Notes under the pieces: generated by a model
What the model saw: only the letters and a program-made list of their open reading frames with translations
Database searches by the model: none
What the model was told of the DNA's origin: nothing
Shown here: positions 20,566 through 30,569 of the stretch, piece by piece
Position numbering within the stretch: the stretch's first letter is position 1
How the letters are laid out: every line of letters begins with the position of its first letter
Program-made: the position numbers and the translations under genes
Origin: Burkholderiales bacterium
GTDB lineage: Bacteria; Pseudomonadota; Gammaproteobacteria; Burkholderiales; Burkholderiaceae_C
Assembly (NCBI GenBank): GCA_026400105.1
Contig: JAPLPQ010000088.1
Location: 33,425 to 97,424, forward strand
Direction of reading: 5' to 3'
DNA: 64,000 bases

Positions 20566-21342
20566 TCAACCAAACCTTCCGGTGATGTAGTCTTCGGTTT
20601 CGCTGCGCTGGGGCTTGAAGAAGATCTGCTCGGTGGTGCCGTACTCGACCAGGTTGCCCAGGTACATGTAGGCGGTGAAGTCCGAGCAGCGCGCGGCCTG
20701 CTGCATGTTGTGGGTCACGATCGCGATCGTGTAGTCCTTCTTGAGCTCGTGCACCAGCTCCTCGACCTTGCCGGTCGAGATCGGGTCGAGCGCCGAGGTC
20801 GGCTCGTCGAGCAGCAGCACCTTGGGCTTGACCGCCACGCTGCGCGCGATGCACAGGCGCTGCTGCTGACCGCCCGACAGCGACAGGCCGCTTTGCTGCA
20901 GCTTGTCTTTGGCTTCGTTCCAGAGCGCGGACTTGGTCAGCGCCCATTCGACGCGGTCATCCATGTCGGACTTGCTCAGGTTCTCGTACAGCTTGACGCC
21001 GAAGGCGATGTTGTCATAGATCGACATCGGGAACGGCGTGGGCTTCTGGAACACCATGCCGATGCGCGCGCGCAGCAGGTTCAAGTCCTGCTTGGGGTCG
21101 AGCACGTTGTTGCCGTAGAAGTTGATCTCGCCCTCGGCACGCTGGCCCGGATACAGGCTGTACATGCGGTTGAGCGTGCGCAGCAAGGTGGACTTGCCGC
21201 AGCCCGACGGACCGATGAAGGCGGTGACCTTGTGCTCGGCGATGTCGAGGTTGATGTTCTTGAGGCCCTGGAACTTGCCGTAGTAGAAGTTCAGGTTGCG
21301 CACCTCGATGGCGTTCTTGAGCTCGGGGGTGGTGGCGGTCAT
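20566..21342 (-). CDS. pstB: Phosphate ABC transporter ATPase
   Basis: [38 protein letters not shown]. Confidence 0.98.
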   Translation of the reverse strand: MTATTPELKNAIEVRNLNFYYGKFQGLKNINLDIAEHKVTAFIGPSGCGKSTLLRTLNRMYSLYPGQRAEGEINFYGNNVLDPKQDLNLLRARIGMVFQKPTPFPMSIYDNIAFGVKLYENLSKSDMDDRVEWALTKSALWNEAKDKLQQSGLSLSGGQQQRLCIARSVAVKPKVLLLDEPTSALDPISTGKVEELVHELKKDYTIAIVTHNMQQAARCSDFTAYMYLGNLVEYGTTEQIFFKPQRSETEDYITGRFG

Positions 21343-21403
21343 GAGAGGGGGTTCTCGCTGAAGGGGTTCAGGTGGAGGATCGGGTTCGGGCGGGCGAGAC
21401 AGC

Positions 21404-22264
21404 TCAGCCGGCCACCTTTTCGCGGAAGAAGACGCGGGCCAGGATGTTGAGCACCAGCACGGTCATGGTGATCAGCAGCGCGCCGCCCCAGGCCAGACGG
21501 ATCCAGTTGTCGTAGGGACTCATGGCGAACTGGTAGATCACGACCGGCAGATTGGCGATCGGCTTGGACATGTCCGAGCTGAAGAACTGGTTGTTCAGCG
21601 CGGTGAACAGCAGCGGTGCGGTCTCGCCGCTGATGCGGGCGATGGCCAGCAGCAAGCCGGTGATGACGCCGCTCTTGGCTGCGCGCAGGGTGATGAAGGT
21701 GGCGACCTTCCAGCGCGGCGCGCCGAGACCGAAGGCGGCTTCGCGCAGCGTCGGCGGGACCAGGCGCAGCATGTTCTCGGTGGTGCGGACCATGACGGGA
21801 ATCGCGATCAGCGACAGCGCGATGGTGCCGGCCCAGCCCGAGAAGTGACCGACCTGGGCCACGAAGATCGCGTAGACGAACAGGCCCAGCACGATCGAGG
21901 GTGCCGACAGCATGATGTCGGTCACGAAGCGGGTCAGCTCGGCGGTCTTGCTCTGGTCGCCGTATTCGGCCAGATAGACGCCGGCGAAGACGCCGATCGG
22001 GGTCGCGATCAGGATCGTGAAGCCCACGATCAGCAGGCTGCCGTAGATGGCGTTGGCCAGACCGCCGCCCTCGGTGCCGGGAGCCGGGGTCGACTGGGTG
22101 AACATGTTCCAGTCCAGCGCGGCCAGGCCATTGGCGAACAGCACGCTGAGAATCCAGAGCAGCACGACCAGGCCCAGCACCATGGCGGCCATGGACAGGG
22201 TCAGGCCGATGGAGTTGACCATCTTGCGACGGCGGTACAGGAGGGAAGTATTTTGCATATCCAT
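21404..22264 (-). CDS. pstA: Phosphate ABC transporter permease
   Basis: [27 protein letters not shown]. Confidence 0.97.
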   Translation of the reverse strand: MDMQNTSLLYRRRKMVNSIGLTLSMAAMVLGLVVLLWILSVLFANGLAALDWNMFTQSTPAPGTEGGGLANAIYGSLLIVGFTILIATPIGVFAGVYLAEYGDQSKTAELTRFVTDIMLSAPSIVLGLFVYAIFVAQVGHFSGWAGTIALSLIAIPVMVRTTENMLRLVPPTLREAAFGLGAPRWKVATFITLRAAKSGVITGLLLAIARISGETAPLLFTALNNQFFSSDMSKPIANLPVVIYQFAMSPYDNWIRLAWGGALLITMTVLVLNILARVFFREKVAG

Positions 22265-22292
22265 GTTTATCTCGCGGGTGAGTGGCCCTTGA

Positions 22293-23291
22293 TCAGTTGC
22301 CCTTGGCCTTTTCGGCGCGGATCAGCATGACCTTGGCGATGGCCAGCACGAAGAAGGTGATCACGAACAGCAGGAAACCGAGACCGAACAGGGCCGACAT
22401 GTGCATGTCGGCGGCTTCACCGAACTCGTTGGCCAGGGTCGAGGCGATCGAGGTGCCGGGTGCAAACAGCGAAGCGCTGAGCTTGTTCGAGTTGCCGATC
22501 ACGAAGGTCACGGCCATGGTCTCGCCCAGGGCGCGGCCCAGGCCCAGCATGACGCCGCCGACGACGCCCTTTTGCGTGTAGGGCAGCACCACGTTGCGCA
22601 CCACTTCCCAGGTCGTGCAACCCAGGCCGTAAGCCGATTCGCGCAGGATCGGGGGCACGATCTCGAACACGTCGCGCATCACCGCGGCGACGAAGGGCAG
22701 CACCATGAAGGCCAGCACCAGGCCGGCGGCCAGGATGCCGATGCCGTTCATCGCGCCACCGAAGAAGGTGCCGATCAGCGGCATCTGGCCCAGGGTGGAT
22801 TGCAGCGCGGGCTGGCCGTGTTCGGCAAACAGCGGGGCGAAGATGAAGAGGCCGAACATGCCGTAGATGATGGACGGCACCGCGGCCAGCAGTTCGACCG
22901 CAGTGCCCAGCGGGCGACGCAGCCAGACCGGGCAGGTCTCGGTCAGGAACAGGGCGACACCGAAGGACAGCGGCACGGCGATCAGCAGCGCGATGGTCGC
23001 GCTGGCCAGGGTGCCGACGACGGCGATCGCGGCACCGAATTCCTCATTGACGATGTCCCATTCGACACGCCAGATGAACTCGAAACCGAATTTCTGGAAA
23101 GCTGGCCAGGCATTGACGAACAGCGAGACGATGATGCCCAGCAATGCGACCAGCACGATCAGCGAAAAGGTCAGCGTGATCTTGTGAAAGAGAAAATCCT
23201 GGATTTGCTGGCGCTTGACGATCGAGAGCATGCGCTGCTCGTCACGTCCGGCGGCTGCCTCGGGTAGGCTCATGGTAGCTCCCACGCTCAT
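22293..23291 (-). CDS. pstC: Phosphate ABC transporter permease
   Basis: ELLAAVPSIIYG, LGRALGETMAVT, TLANEFGEA. Confidence 0.97.
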   Translation of the reverse strand: MSVGATMSLPEAAAGRDEQRMLSIVKRQQIQDFLFHKITLTFSLIVLVALLGIIVSLFVNAWPAFQKFGFEFIWRVEWDIVNEEFGAAIAVVGTLASATIALLIAVPLSFGVALFLTETCPVWLRRPLGTAVELLAAVPSIIYGMFGLFIFAPLFAEHGQPALQSTLGQMPLIGTFFGGAMNGIGILAAGLVLAFMVLPFVAAVMRDVFEIVPPILRESAYGLGCTTWEVVRNVVLPYTQKGVVGGVMLGLGRALGETMAVTFVIGNSNKLSASLFAPGTSIASTLANEFGEAADMHMSALFGLGFLLFVITFFVLAIAKVMLIRAEKAKGN

Positions 23292-23321
23292 GGTGTGTGA
23301 TGTGTTGAGTTGAAGAAACAG

Positions 23322-23356
23322 GCATTGCGCCAGCGTGACGGATCACGGGCGCAATG
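23322..23356. repeat. Stem-loop between pstS and pstC (possible mRNA stabiliser or partial terminator)
   Basis: CATTGCGCC...GGCGCAATG inverted repeat. Confidence 0.5.
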
Positions 23357-23377
23357 TCTGGGGAAGCTCGAAGCCTC

Positions 23378-24409
23378 TTACTTGATCTGCGACCAGACCT
23401 TGCTCTGGATCTGGGCGGTCACGGCGTCAGGCATCGGCACGTAGTCGAGATCGATGGCCAGCTTCTTGCCGTTCTTGAAGGCCCAGGAGAAGAACTTCAG
23501 GGCTTCTTGCGAAGCGGCCTTGTCTTCCGGGCTCTTGTACATCAGGATGAAGGAAGCGGTCGTGACGGGCCAGCTGTTGGCACCCTTGGCATCGACCATC
23601 GACACTCCCATGCCCGGCACGCTGTTCCAGTCCACGCCAGCAGCGGCAGCCGAGAAGGTGGTGTCGTCAGGCTTGACGTACTTGCCGTCCTTGTTCTGCA
23701 GCTGCATGTAGTTCATGTTGTTCTTCTTCACGTAGGCGTACTCGACGTAGCCCAGTGCGCCCTTGACACGGTTGACGTTGGCGGCGACGCCTTCGTTGCC
23801 CTTGCCGCCGACGGAGGAGTCAGCCGGCCACTTGACGGCGGCGCCCTTGCCCACCTTGTCGGCCCATTCCTTGCTGACAGCGCTCAGGTAATCGGTCCAG
23901 TTGAAGGTGGTGCCCGAACCGTCGGCGCGGTGCACGATGGTGATGGACTGGTCAGGCAGGTTCTTGCCCGGGTTCAGTGCGACCAGCTTGGCGTCGTTCC
24001 ACTTGGTGATCTTGCCCAGGAACATGTCGGCCAGCACGGTGCCCGACACACGCAGCTCGCCCGGCTGGAAGCCTTCGAGGTTGATCACGGGCACGGTGCC
24101 GCCGATGATGGCCGGGAACTGGATCATGCCGTCGCGGTCGAGCTCTTCACCCTTGACCGGTGCGTCGGTGGCGCCGAAAGTCACGGTCTTGGCGCGGATC
24201 TGCTTGATGCCACCCGAGGAACCGATCGACTGGTAGTTCAGGCCGACACCGGTTTCCTTCTTGTAGACCTCGGCCCACTTGGCGTACATCGGATACGGGA
24301 AAGTAGCACCGGCGCCGGTGATGTCGGCAGCAGCAGCAAAGGTCGGCAGCGCGAAGCTGGTGACAGCGACGGCAGCGGCTGCGATGGACTTGAGGAAATG
24401 GCGTTTCAT
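23378..24409 (-). CDS. pstS: Phosphate ABC transporter substrate-binding protein
   Basis: Signal peptide, ITGAGATFP, YQSIGSSGGI, RADGSGTT. Confidence 0.98.
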   Translation of the reverse strand: MKRHFLKSIAAAAVAVTSFALPTFAAAADITGAGATFPYPMYAKWAEVYKKETGVGLNYQSIGSSGGIKQIRAKTVTFGATDAPVKGEELDRDGMIQFPAIIGGTVPVINLEGFQPGELRVSGTVLADMFLGKITKWNDAKLVALNPGKNLPDQSITIVHRADGSGTTFNWTDYLSAVSKEWADKVGKGAAVKWPADSSVGGKGNEGVAANVNRVKGALGYVEYAYVKKNNMNYMQLQNKDGKYVKPDDTTFSAAAAGVDWNSVPGMGVSMVDAKGANSWPVTTASFILMYKSPEDKAASQEALKFFSWAFKNGKKLAIDLDYVPMPDAVTAQIQSKVWSQIK

Positions 24410-24464
24410 GATCGACGTCCTTTCGGATGAGTGGGTTCGGTAGTCCTGACTTTATGCCTGATAT

Positions 24465-24482
24465 GTGACATATCGATGACAT
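24465..24482 (-). promoter_or_regulatory. Pho box of pstSCAB-phoUBR
   Basis: Minus strand ATGTCAT-cgat-ATGTCAC. Confidence 0.85.
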
Positions 24483-24598
24483 TATTTTCACAAAACTCCT
24501 GCATCGACAAGGCCGCAACAGTCTGCTTGCAATGAGGCAAGCGTCAGGCAGCCGGGAGGCCCGAGGTGGTATGCTGACGCGGAAATTTCCAAATAGAT

Positions 24599-26083
24599 AT
24601 GCAAAACGGAACCTTGCTGGCTGCGGTGGACCTCGGGTCCAACAGCTTTCGCCTTGAAATCGGCCGCTACGACTCGGGCCACATCGAACGAGTCGAATAT
24701 CTCAAGGAAACGGTGCGTCAGGGCAGCGGTCTCGACGAGAACAAGAACCTGAGCCTGGTGGCGATGGAGCGCGGCTGGGAATGCCTGGCCCGCTTCGCCG
24801 AGCGGCTGCAGGGCTTCCAGAAGTTCCAGGTGCGCGCGGTCGCGACGCAGACGCTGCGCGAGGCCAGAAACCGCGACGACTTCACGCGCCGCGCCCAGGA
24901 GGTACTGGGCTTTCCGATCGAGGTCGTCTCGGGTCACGAGGAAGCGCGGCTGATCTACCAGGGCGTGTCGCACCTGCTGCCGCAGTCGGACGAGAAGCGG
25001 CTGGTGATCGACATCGGCGGGCGCTCGACCGAGGTCATCCTGGGCCAGGGTTACAGCGCGAGCAAGATGGAGTCCTACCGCCTCGGCAGCGTGGCCTGGT
25101 CGTCGCGCTACTTTCCGCGCGGCCAGATCACGCAGCAGTCGCTGCAGACCTCGGAGATCGCGGCCAAGGCCGTGCTCGACGAGGCACTCGACGCCTACCC
25201 GGTCGGCAGCTGGGACACCGCCTACGGCAGCTCGGGCACGGTCGGCGCCGTGGCCGAGATCCTCACGCTCAACGGCTGGCCTTCGGGCCAGATCACGCGC
25301 GCCGGCCTCGACTGGCTGACCGACAAGTTGTTGCGCGCCGGCCACCCCGATCATCTGCGGCTCGAGGGGCTCAAGGACGACCGGCGCCCGGTGATCGGCG
25401 GCGGCATCGGCGTGCTGCGCGCGCTGTTCGATCTGTTCAAGCTCGAGAGCCTGGTCAAAGCGGAAGGTGCATTGCGCCAGGGCGCGCTCTACGACCTGAT
25501 CGACCGCGAGAACGATTCGACCGACGTGCGCGAGCGCACCGTGAACTGGTTGTGCGAACGTTATGGCGTTGACCAGCTCCATGCTGGCCGCGTCGGGCGG
25601 ATCGCAACCGAACTGTTCGCGCAGATCGCAGCTCCCGATCCCGACAATGCGCGCTATTCACAAAAGCTGGTCTGGGCGGCGCGACTGCACGAGATCGGCA
25701 CCCATATCTCGCACAGCGACATGCACCGCCATGGCGCCTACATCCTCGACCATGCCGATGCGCCTGGCTTCACGCTGCAGGAGCTGCACCGCATGAGCCA
25801 GCTGGTGCTGGGTCAGCGCGGCAAGCTGCGCAAGATCGAGGACATCCTGGACGACGAGTTGTTCGCCAAGCAGCTGCTCTGCCTGCGGCTGGCGGTGTTG
25901 CTGTGCCATGCGCGCAAGGACCCCGACATCACGCCGCTGCAGCTGAGCTACAAGTCACGCCAGTTCAAGCTGAGCGCCACGACCGGCTGGGCCCGTGGTT
26001 TTCCGCAGTCGGCCTGGCTGGTCGAGGAGGAAGTGGCGGCCTGGCAGAAATCGGGCTGGCGCTTCTCGGCCGACCTGGGCTGA
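24599..26083 (+). CDS. ppx: Exopolyphosphatase Ppx/GppA
   Basis: AAVDLGSNSFRL, DIGGRSTE, GALRQG, HEIG HD-like C-terminal domain. Confidence 0.95.
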   Translation: MQNGTLLAAVDLGSNSFRLEIGRYDSGHIERVEYLKETVRQGSGLDENKNLSLVAMERGWECLARFAERLQGFQKFQVRAVATQTLREARNRDDFTRRAQEVLGFPIEVVSGHEEARLIYQGVSHLLPQSDEKRLVIDIGGRSTEVILGQGYSASKMESYRLGSVAWSSRYFPRGQITQQSLQTSEIAAKAVLDEALDAYPVGSWDTAYGSSGTVGAVAEILTLNGWPSGQITRAGLDWLTDKLLRAGHPDHLRLEGLKDDRRPVIGGGIGVLRALFDLFKLESLVKAEGALRQGALYDLIDRENDSTDVRERTVNWLCERYGVDQLHAGRVGRIATELFAQIAAPDPDNARYSQKLVWAARLHEIGTHISHSDMHRHGAYILDHADAPGFTLQELHRMSQLVLGQRGKLRKIEDILDDELFAKQLLCLRLAVLLCHARKDPDITPLQLSYKSRQFKLSATTGWARGFPQSAWLVEEEVAAWQKSGWRFSADLG

Positions 26084-26156
26084 CCTGGGCTGGCAGCAAG
26101 CCCGGTCGCGGGCTGGATCGCAGCGTCTCGCCCGGCCTCCTCCCCTTCGCCCCCGC

Positions 26157-26179
26157 AACCGGCCACTGGCCGGTTTTTT
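26157..26179 (+). terminator. Intrinsic terminator after ppx
   Basis: AACCGGCCA/TGGCCGGTT stem plus T-run. Confidence 0.7.
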
Positions 26180-26235
26180 CATGCCTGTACCGGCGTACCG
26201 GCGGGACCTAGGACACGGTGGACAGGGCCAGGCGC

Positions 26236-26415
26236 TCAGGGCTGGTGGCGCGCGGACTCGGGCCAGCGACCGTAGTCGACGTAGGACGAGGCAACCGCGC
26301 CGAGCTGGTAGCGACCGACATCATGCGAAGCCGTGGCGGCCTCGGGACAGAACAGGCTGGAAAACCACTGCGACAAGGCCTGCAAAAGCGGCGAGCTGGC
26401 GATGGTGTGAAACAT
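26236..26415 (-). CDS. Unannotated 59-aa small protein (below ORF-track cutoff)
   Basis: MFHTIASSPLLQALSQWFSSLFCPEAATASHDVGRYQLGAVASSYVDYGRWPESARHQP; 49 of 59 codons end in G/C; GGA RBS-like sequence and TGcTAATAT extended -10 upstream. Confidence 0.55.
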   Translation of the reverse strand: MFHTIASSPLLQALSQWFSSLFCPEAATASHDVGRYQLGAVASSYVDYGRWPESARHQP

Positions 26416-26435
26416 GATTCCATTTTAATATTAGC

Positions 26436-26457
26436 AACGGTATATACCGTTTATACC
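26436..26457. promoter_or_regulatory. 16-bp palindrome overlapping 9-bp tandem repeats (operator-like)
   Basis: AACGGTATATACCGTT perfect palindrome; units GTATATAC-c and GTTTATAC-c. Confidence 0.6.
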
Positions 26458-26511
26458 GCGTAGAGGAATCATGTACACCCGTGGAAACCGTAGGTCAGCG
26501 CAGCACCAAAG

Positions 26512-26535
26512 AAAAAGCGCCCCGGAGGGCGCTTT
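26512..26535 (-). terminator. Intrinsic terminator after porin
   Basis: AAAAAGCGCCC-CCGGA-GGGCGCTTT. Confidence 0.75.
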
Positions 26536-26575
26536 CGCGTGAACCGGCCGGGCAGAACGATCTGCCCGAGCTGGA

Positions 26576-27619
26576 TCAGAAGACGTGACGGACGCCGACG
26601 GCCAGGGTGGTGATCTTGCCCAGATCGGCACCGGTGGTGTCGTTTTCCTTCTTGATGTTCTTGTAGCCGACATAGGCGTCGGTACGCTTGCTCAGCACGT
26701 AGTTGGCGGCCAGCGTGTAGCCGGTAGCCTTGTAGTCGGTGCCGGTGACGGCATCGTACTTGCTGTTGGCGTAGCCGAAGAAGACGTTGATGTTGGAGGC
26801 AACCGGAGCCTGGACACCGAAGTACAGGCTGTCGTTGTCGCCTTGCTTGACGCCAGCAGATTGCAGTTCCAGGGTCTGGTAGCCGCCGACCAGCTTGGCA
26901 ACGCCGAAGTCGTAGGAAGCCGCCAGCAGGTTGAAGGTCTTGTCTTCGGTCTTGCCGGTGGCGACAGCCGGGGTGCCGGCGGTCAGCTGGGACTCTTCCT
27001 TCTGGTAGCCGTAGCCGACCAGCAGCGGGCCGTTGGCATACTGCAGCGTCAGCGAGCTGTGGTTGGTGGCATCAGCCACGTTGGTCTTGTTCTCGCCGAA
27101 CGAGACAGCGACAGCGCCGCTGAAGCCGTTGAAGGTCGGGCTGACGTAAGCCACCGTGTTGTCGGTACGGCTGGTGTAATCGGCCTTGGCGTTCTTGATG
27201 GTGTCTTCGACCGGGCTGATGTTGGTGTCAGCGATCGGGTTGCTCTTGCCGCGCAGATCGTCGTACGGGGTGGCCATGCGGCCCAGAGCCACGGTACCGA
27301 AGTTGCCCGACAGGTTGATGCTGGACTCGCCCTTGAAGGCAACGCCATCCTGCACGCCGGTATCGGAGAGGAAGCGCTGCTCGAGCTTGAAGCCAGCCTT
27401 CAGGCCACCGCCCAGGTCCTCGGAACCCTTCATGCCCCAACGGTTGGACTTCAGGCCACCCGAGCCGACCACGGTCTGCGATTCAGCGGTTGCCGACTTG
27501 ATGGTGTCCTTGGTGGAGCCGACGTAAGCATCGACGATGCCATACAGCTGAACGGAGGATTGGGCCATGGCGGCACCGGAAGCGGCCAGCACGGCCAGGG
27601 CGATCAGACTCTTTTTCAT
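26576..27619 (-). CDS. Outer-membrane porin (betaproteobacterial Omp32/Gram-negative porin family)
   Basis: MKKSLIALAVLAASGAAMAQSSVQLYG, GSEDLGGGLKA, YVLSKRTDAY, terminal VGVRHVF. Confidence 0.95.
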   Translation of the reverse strand: MKKSLIALAVLAASGAAMAQSSVQLYGIVDAYVGSTKDTIKSATAESQTVVGSGGLKSNRWGMKGSEDLGGGLKAGFKLEQRFLSDTGVQDGVAFKGESSINLSGNFGTVALGRMATPYDDLRGKSNPIADTNISPVEDTIKNAKADYTSRTDNTVAYVSPTFNGFSGAVAVSFGENKTNVADATNHSSLTLQYANGPLLVGYGYQKEESQLTAGTPAVATGKTEDKTFNLLAASYDFGVAKLVGGYQTLELQSAGVKQGDNDSLYFGVQAPVASNINVFFGYANSKYDAVTGTDYKATGYTLAANYVLSKRTDAYVGYKNIKKENDTTGADLGKITTLAVGVRHVF

Positions 27620-27719
27620 GGAACGGGTTTCCTGTTGATTAAGACCGGGGGCTGCTGGTGCAACCCCTCTACTATCAGATCCACTGCCTGAGTGGATAGG
27701 GTAATTACCCCAGATTCCC

Positions 27720-27737
27720 GTGACATTTCTGAGACAG
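27720..27737 (-). promoter_or_regulatory. Putative Pho box upstream of porin
   Basis: Minus strand CTGTCTC-agaa-ATGTCAC. Confidence 0.55.
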
Positions 27738-27784
27738 GGGGCCTGAGTGTTGCCAAACAACAACACCCAGGCCCCACCCTGCCA

Positions 27785-28612
27785 TCAGGCCATGATGTGC
27801 AGGCCGGCGTCGACGTAGATCACGTCGCCCGTCATGCCCGAGGTCGCGCCGCTGACCAGGAAGGCGACCACGCGGCCGACTTCGGCGATGTCGACCAGGC
27901 GGCGGCCCGGCGAACGGGCCACGGCCTTGTCGATCAGCTCGTCGAACTGGTCGATGCCGGAAGAGGCGCGCGTGCGCAGCGGACCGGGCGAGACCGCGAA
28001 CACGCGGATGTCGCGCTCGCCGAGCTCGTTGGCCAGATAGCGCACCGAGGACTCGAGCGCGGCCTTGACCGGGCCCATCAGGTTGTAGTGATCCACCACC
28101 TTGTCGGCGCCGTGGTAGCTCATCGTGATCAGCGCGCCGCCCGGGTTCAGCAGCTTCTCGGCGTAATGGGCCATCTCGATGAAGCTGTGGCAGGAGACCT
28201 GCATCGCCTGCAGGAAACCCGCCTGCGAGCAGTCGGTGATGCGGCCGTGCAGGTCGGCGCGCGGGGCGAAGGCGATCGAGTGGATCACGAAGTCGAGCTT
28301 GCCCCACTCGCGCTCGATGCGTTCGAACACCGCCTGCATCTGGCCGGGCTGCATGACGTCGAGCGGCAGCAGCAAGTCGGCGTCGATCTGGCGGGCCAGC
28401 GGCTCGACATAGGTCTTGGCCTTGTCGTTGAGGTAGGTCAGCGCGATCTCGGCGCCAAAGGCACGCAGCTTGGCCGCACAGCCAAAGGCGATGCTGTCGC
28501 CGTTGGCCACGCCGACCACCAGGCCGCGCTTGCCCCGCAGCATGTCGCCGATGCGGGTGCTTTCATCCCAGACCTTGGGCAGGGGATCGTTGGAGTTCGG
28601 GTCCTTGAACAT
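27785..28612 (-). CDS. fabI: Enoyl-ACP/CoA reductase FabI-like
   Basis: GVANGDSIAFG, HSIAFAP, YNLMGPVKAALE, SPGPLRTRA; start MFKDP. Confidence 0.92.
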   Translation of the reverse strand: MFKDPNSNDPLPKVWDESTRIGDMLRGKRGLVVGVANGDSIAFGCAAKLRAFGAEIALTYLNDKAKTYVEPLARQIDADLLLPLDVMQPGQMQAVFERIEREWGKLDFVIHSIAFAPRADLHGRITDCSQAGFLQAMQVSCHSFIEMAHYAEKLLNPGGALITMSYHGADKVVDHYNLMGPVKAALESSVRYLANELGERDIRVFAVSPGPLRTRASSGIDQFDELIDKAVARSPGRRLVDIAEVGRVVAFLVSGATSGMTGDVIYVDAGLHIMA

Positions 28613-28643
28613 ATGCGGTTTCCTTGAAAGATGAAGGAGGGGC

Positions 28644-30569
28644 TCAGAGCGCCGCCTCGGCCTCGGCCCGGGTTTCGTAGATATGCGGCGCCAGCCCGCG
28701 CTCGCGGATCGCGGCGCCAAGCTTGTCGCGCAGGAAGGCGCTGGTGGTGTAGCGCGTGACCTGTCCGTAGTAGCGCTCGACCAGATCGGCGACGACCTGG
28801 GCATAGGCATCCATGGCCGGCTCGAGGATCTCGAAGCCGTCGTAGTTGACGACGACATCGACCCGGTGGCCGATGGCCTGGCATTGGCGCTCGACCGCGC
28901 CGCGCACGTCCTGCGCATCCTTCGGGCTGACCAGGCGCAGGCCCTGGAAGTTCAGGAACAGGCGGTTGCGCTCGGGCTGCCAGCTGATGCGCTCGAGCAG
29001 CGAGATCGCCAGCAGGCTGTCCTTCAGGCCCATCGGTTCGGGGCGGAAGATGCGCGCGTCCATCAGCACCGGCTGCCTGACAATCGGGCGGAATGCCATC
29101 TGCGACAGGATGTCGCGCTCGAGGTCGATGCCGGGCGCGATCTCGATCAGCTCCAGGCCTTCGGCGCTCAGCGCGAAGACGCAGCGCTCGGTCACGTAGA
29201 GCACCCGCTTGCCCAGGCGCGCCGCGTATTCGCCGCTGAAGGTGACCTGCTCGATCGCCTCGACGAACTTGCGGTGCTTGCCTTCTTGCAGGATACGCAA
29301 CTGGCCCTGCTCCACCGCGACCTTGAGGCCGCCAGCGCTGAAGGTGCCGATGAACACCACGGTGCGGCTGTTCTGGGTGATGTTGATGAAGCCGCCGGCG
29401 CCAGCGAGCTTGGGGCCGAAGCGGCTGACGTTGATGTTGCCGCGCGCATCGCATTCGGCCAGTCCGAGCACGGCCAGATCGAGGCCGCCGCCGTCGTAGA
29501 AGTCGAACTGCTGGTTCATGTCCAGCTGGGCGGTCGCGTTGGTCGAGCTGCCGAAGTTCAGGCCGCTGCCAGGCACGCCGCCGACCACGCCGGGCTCGGC
29601 GGTCAGCGTCATGTAGGACAGCAGGCGCTCCTCGTTGGCGATGTCGGCCACCCCTTCGGGCATGCCGATGCCGAGGTTGACCACCGCGTTGGGCATCAGC
29701 TCGAAGGCGGCGCGGCGCGCGATGATCTTGCGCTCGTCGAACGGCATCGGCGGCAGCGCATCGAGCGGCACGCGCATCTGGCCCGACAAGGCCGGGTTGT
29801 AGCCGGTGCCGTAGGTCTGCATGTGGTATTGGGGCCGGGCCTGCACCACGCAGTCGACCAGGATGCCCGGCACCTTGACCTGGCGCGCCGGCAGGCTGGC
29901 GCGCTCGCACAGGTATTCGACCTGGGCGATCACGATGCCACCGGAGTTCTTGACCGCGGTCGCGATCGCCAGCGTGTCCTGGGTCAGCGCCTCGCGCTCG
30001 ATCGACAGGTTGCCGTCCGGGTCGGCAATCGAGGCCCGGATGAAGGCGACCTGGGGCTTGGGCACGCGGTAGAACAGCAGCTCCTGGCCGGCCAGCTCGA
30101 TCACGCTGACCAGCTCCTCGGTGGTGCGGGCATTGACCTTGCCGCCCTGCAGCCGCGGGTCGACGAAGGTGCCCAGGCCGACGCGCGAGACATTGCCGGG
30201 CAGGCCGGCGGCGATGTCGCGGTACAGGTGCGAGATCACGCCCAGCGGCAGGTTCCAGGCCTCGATCCGGTTGTCCATCGCCATGGCGCCGAGCTTGGGC
30301 ACCAGGCCCCAGTGGCCGCCGATGGCGCGCTGGATCAGGCCATCGAGCGCGATGCGGTTGATCCCCTGCTCCTTGCCGTCGCCCGGTCCGCCGCCGAAGA
30401 TCAGCGTCAGCTCGCGCGGCGACTGGGTCGACTCGAAGCGCTGCTGCAAGGCCAGCAGCAGTTCGTCGGGCACGCCGACGACGCCAAAGCCCGAGCAGAC
30501 CAGGGTATCGCCGTCATGGATCAGGCCGATCGCCTGTTCGGCAGTGACAATCTTAGACTTCATGCTCAC
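28644..30569 (-). CDS. Acyl-CoA:acetate/propionate CoA-transferase (YdiF/Pct-like) with extra C-terminal domain
   Basis: GGHWGL, VGLGTFVDPR, VNLGIGMPEG, TAEPG, GAGGFINI, YVTERCVF. Confidence 0.9.
   Translation of the reverse strand: MSMKSKIVTAEQAIGLIHDGDTLVCSGFGVVGVPDELLLALQQRFESTQSPRELTLIFGGGPGDGKEQGINRIALDGLIQRAIGGHWGLVPKLGAMAMDNRIEAWNLPLGVISHLYRDIAAGLPGNVSRVGLGTFVDPRLQGGKVNARTTEELVSVIELAGQELLFYRVPKPQVAFIRASIADPDGNLSIEREALTQDTLAIATAVKNSGGIVIAQVEYLCERASLPARQVKVPGILVDCVVQARPQYHMQTYGTGYNPALSGQMRVPLDALPPMPFDERKIIARRAAFELMPNAVVNLGIGMPEGVADIANEERLLSYMTLTAEPGVVGGVPGSGLNFGSSTNATAQLDMNQQFDFYDGGGLDLAVLGLAECDARGNINVSRFGPKLAGAGGFINITQNSRTVVFIGTFSAGGLKVAVEQGQLRILQEGKHRKFVEAIEQVTFSGEYAARLGKRVLYVTERCVFALSAEGLELIEIAPGIDLERDILSQMAFRPIVRQPVLMDARIFRPEPMGLKDSLLAISLLERISWQPERNRLFLNFQGLRLVSPKDAQDVRGAVERQCQAIGHRVDVVVNYDGFEILEPAMDAYAQVVADLVERYYGQVTRYTTSAFLRDKLGAAIRERGLAPHIYETRAEAEAAL

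Noticed and set aside
19862-20947. N-terminally extended PhoU, and likewise extended FabI (to 28918), AckA (to 34678), SixA (to 36996), PlcP (to 40147) and FolP (to 54298) in the ORF track
   Set aside because: The extensions overlap upstream genes in another frame; family-typical starts lie downstream
26208-26463. 71-aa (-) and 81-aa (+) ORFs from the track between ppx and porin
   Set aside because: Arg/Pro/Ser-rich shadow composition; the 59-aa minus-strand frame has better codon bias and upstream signals
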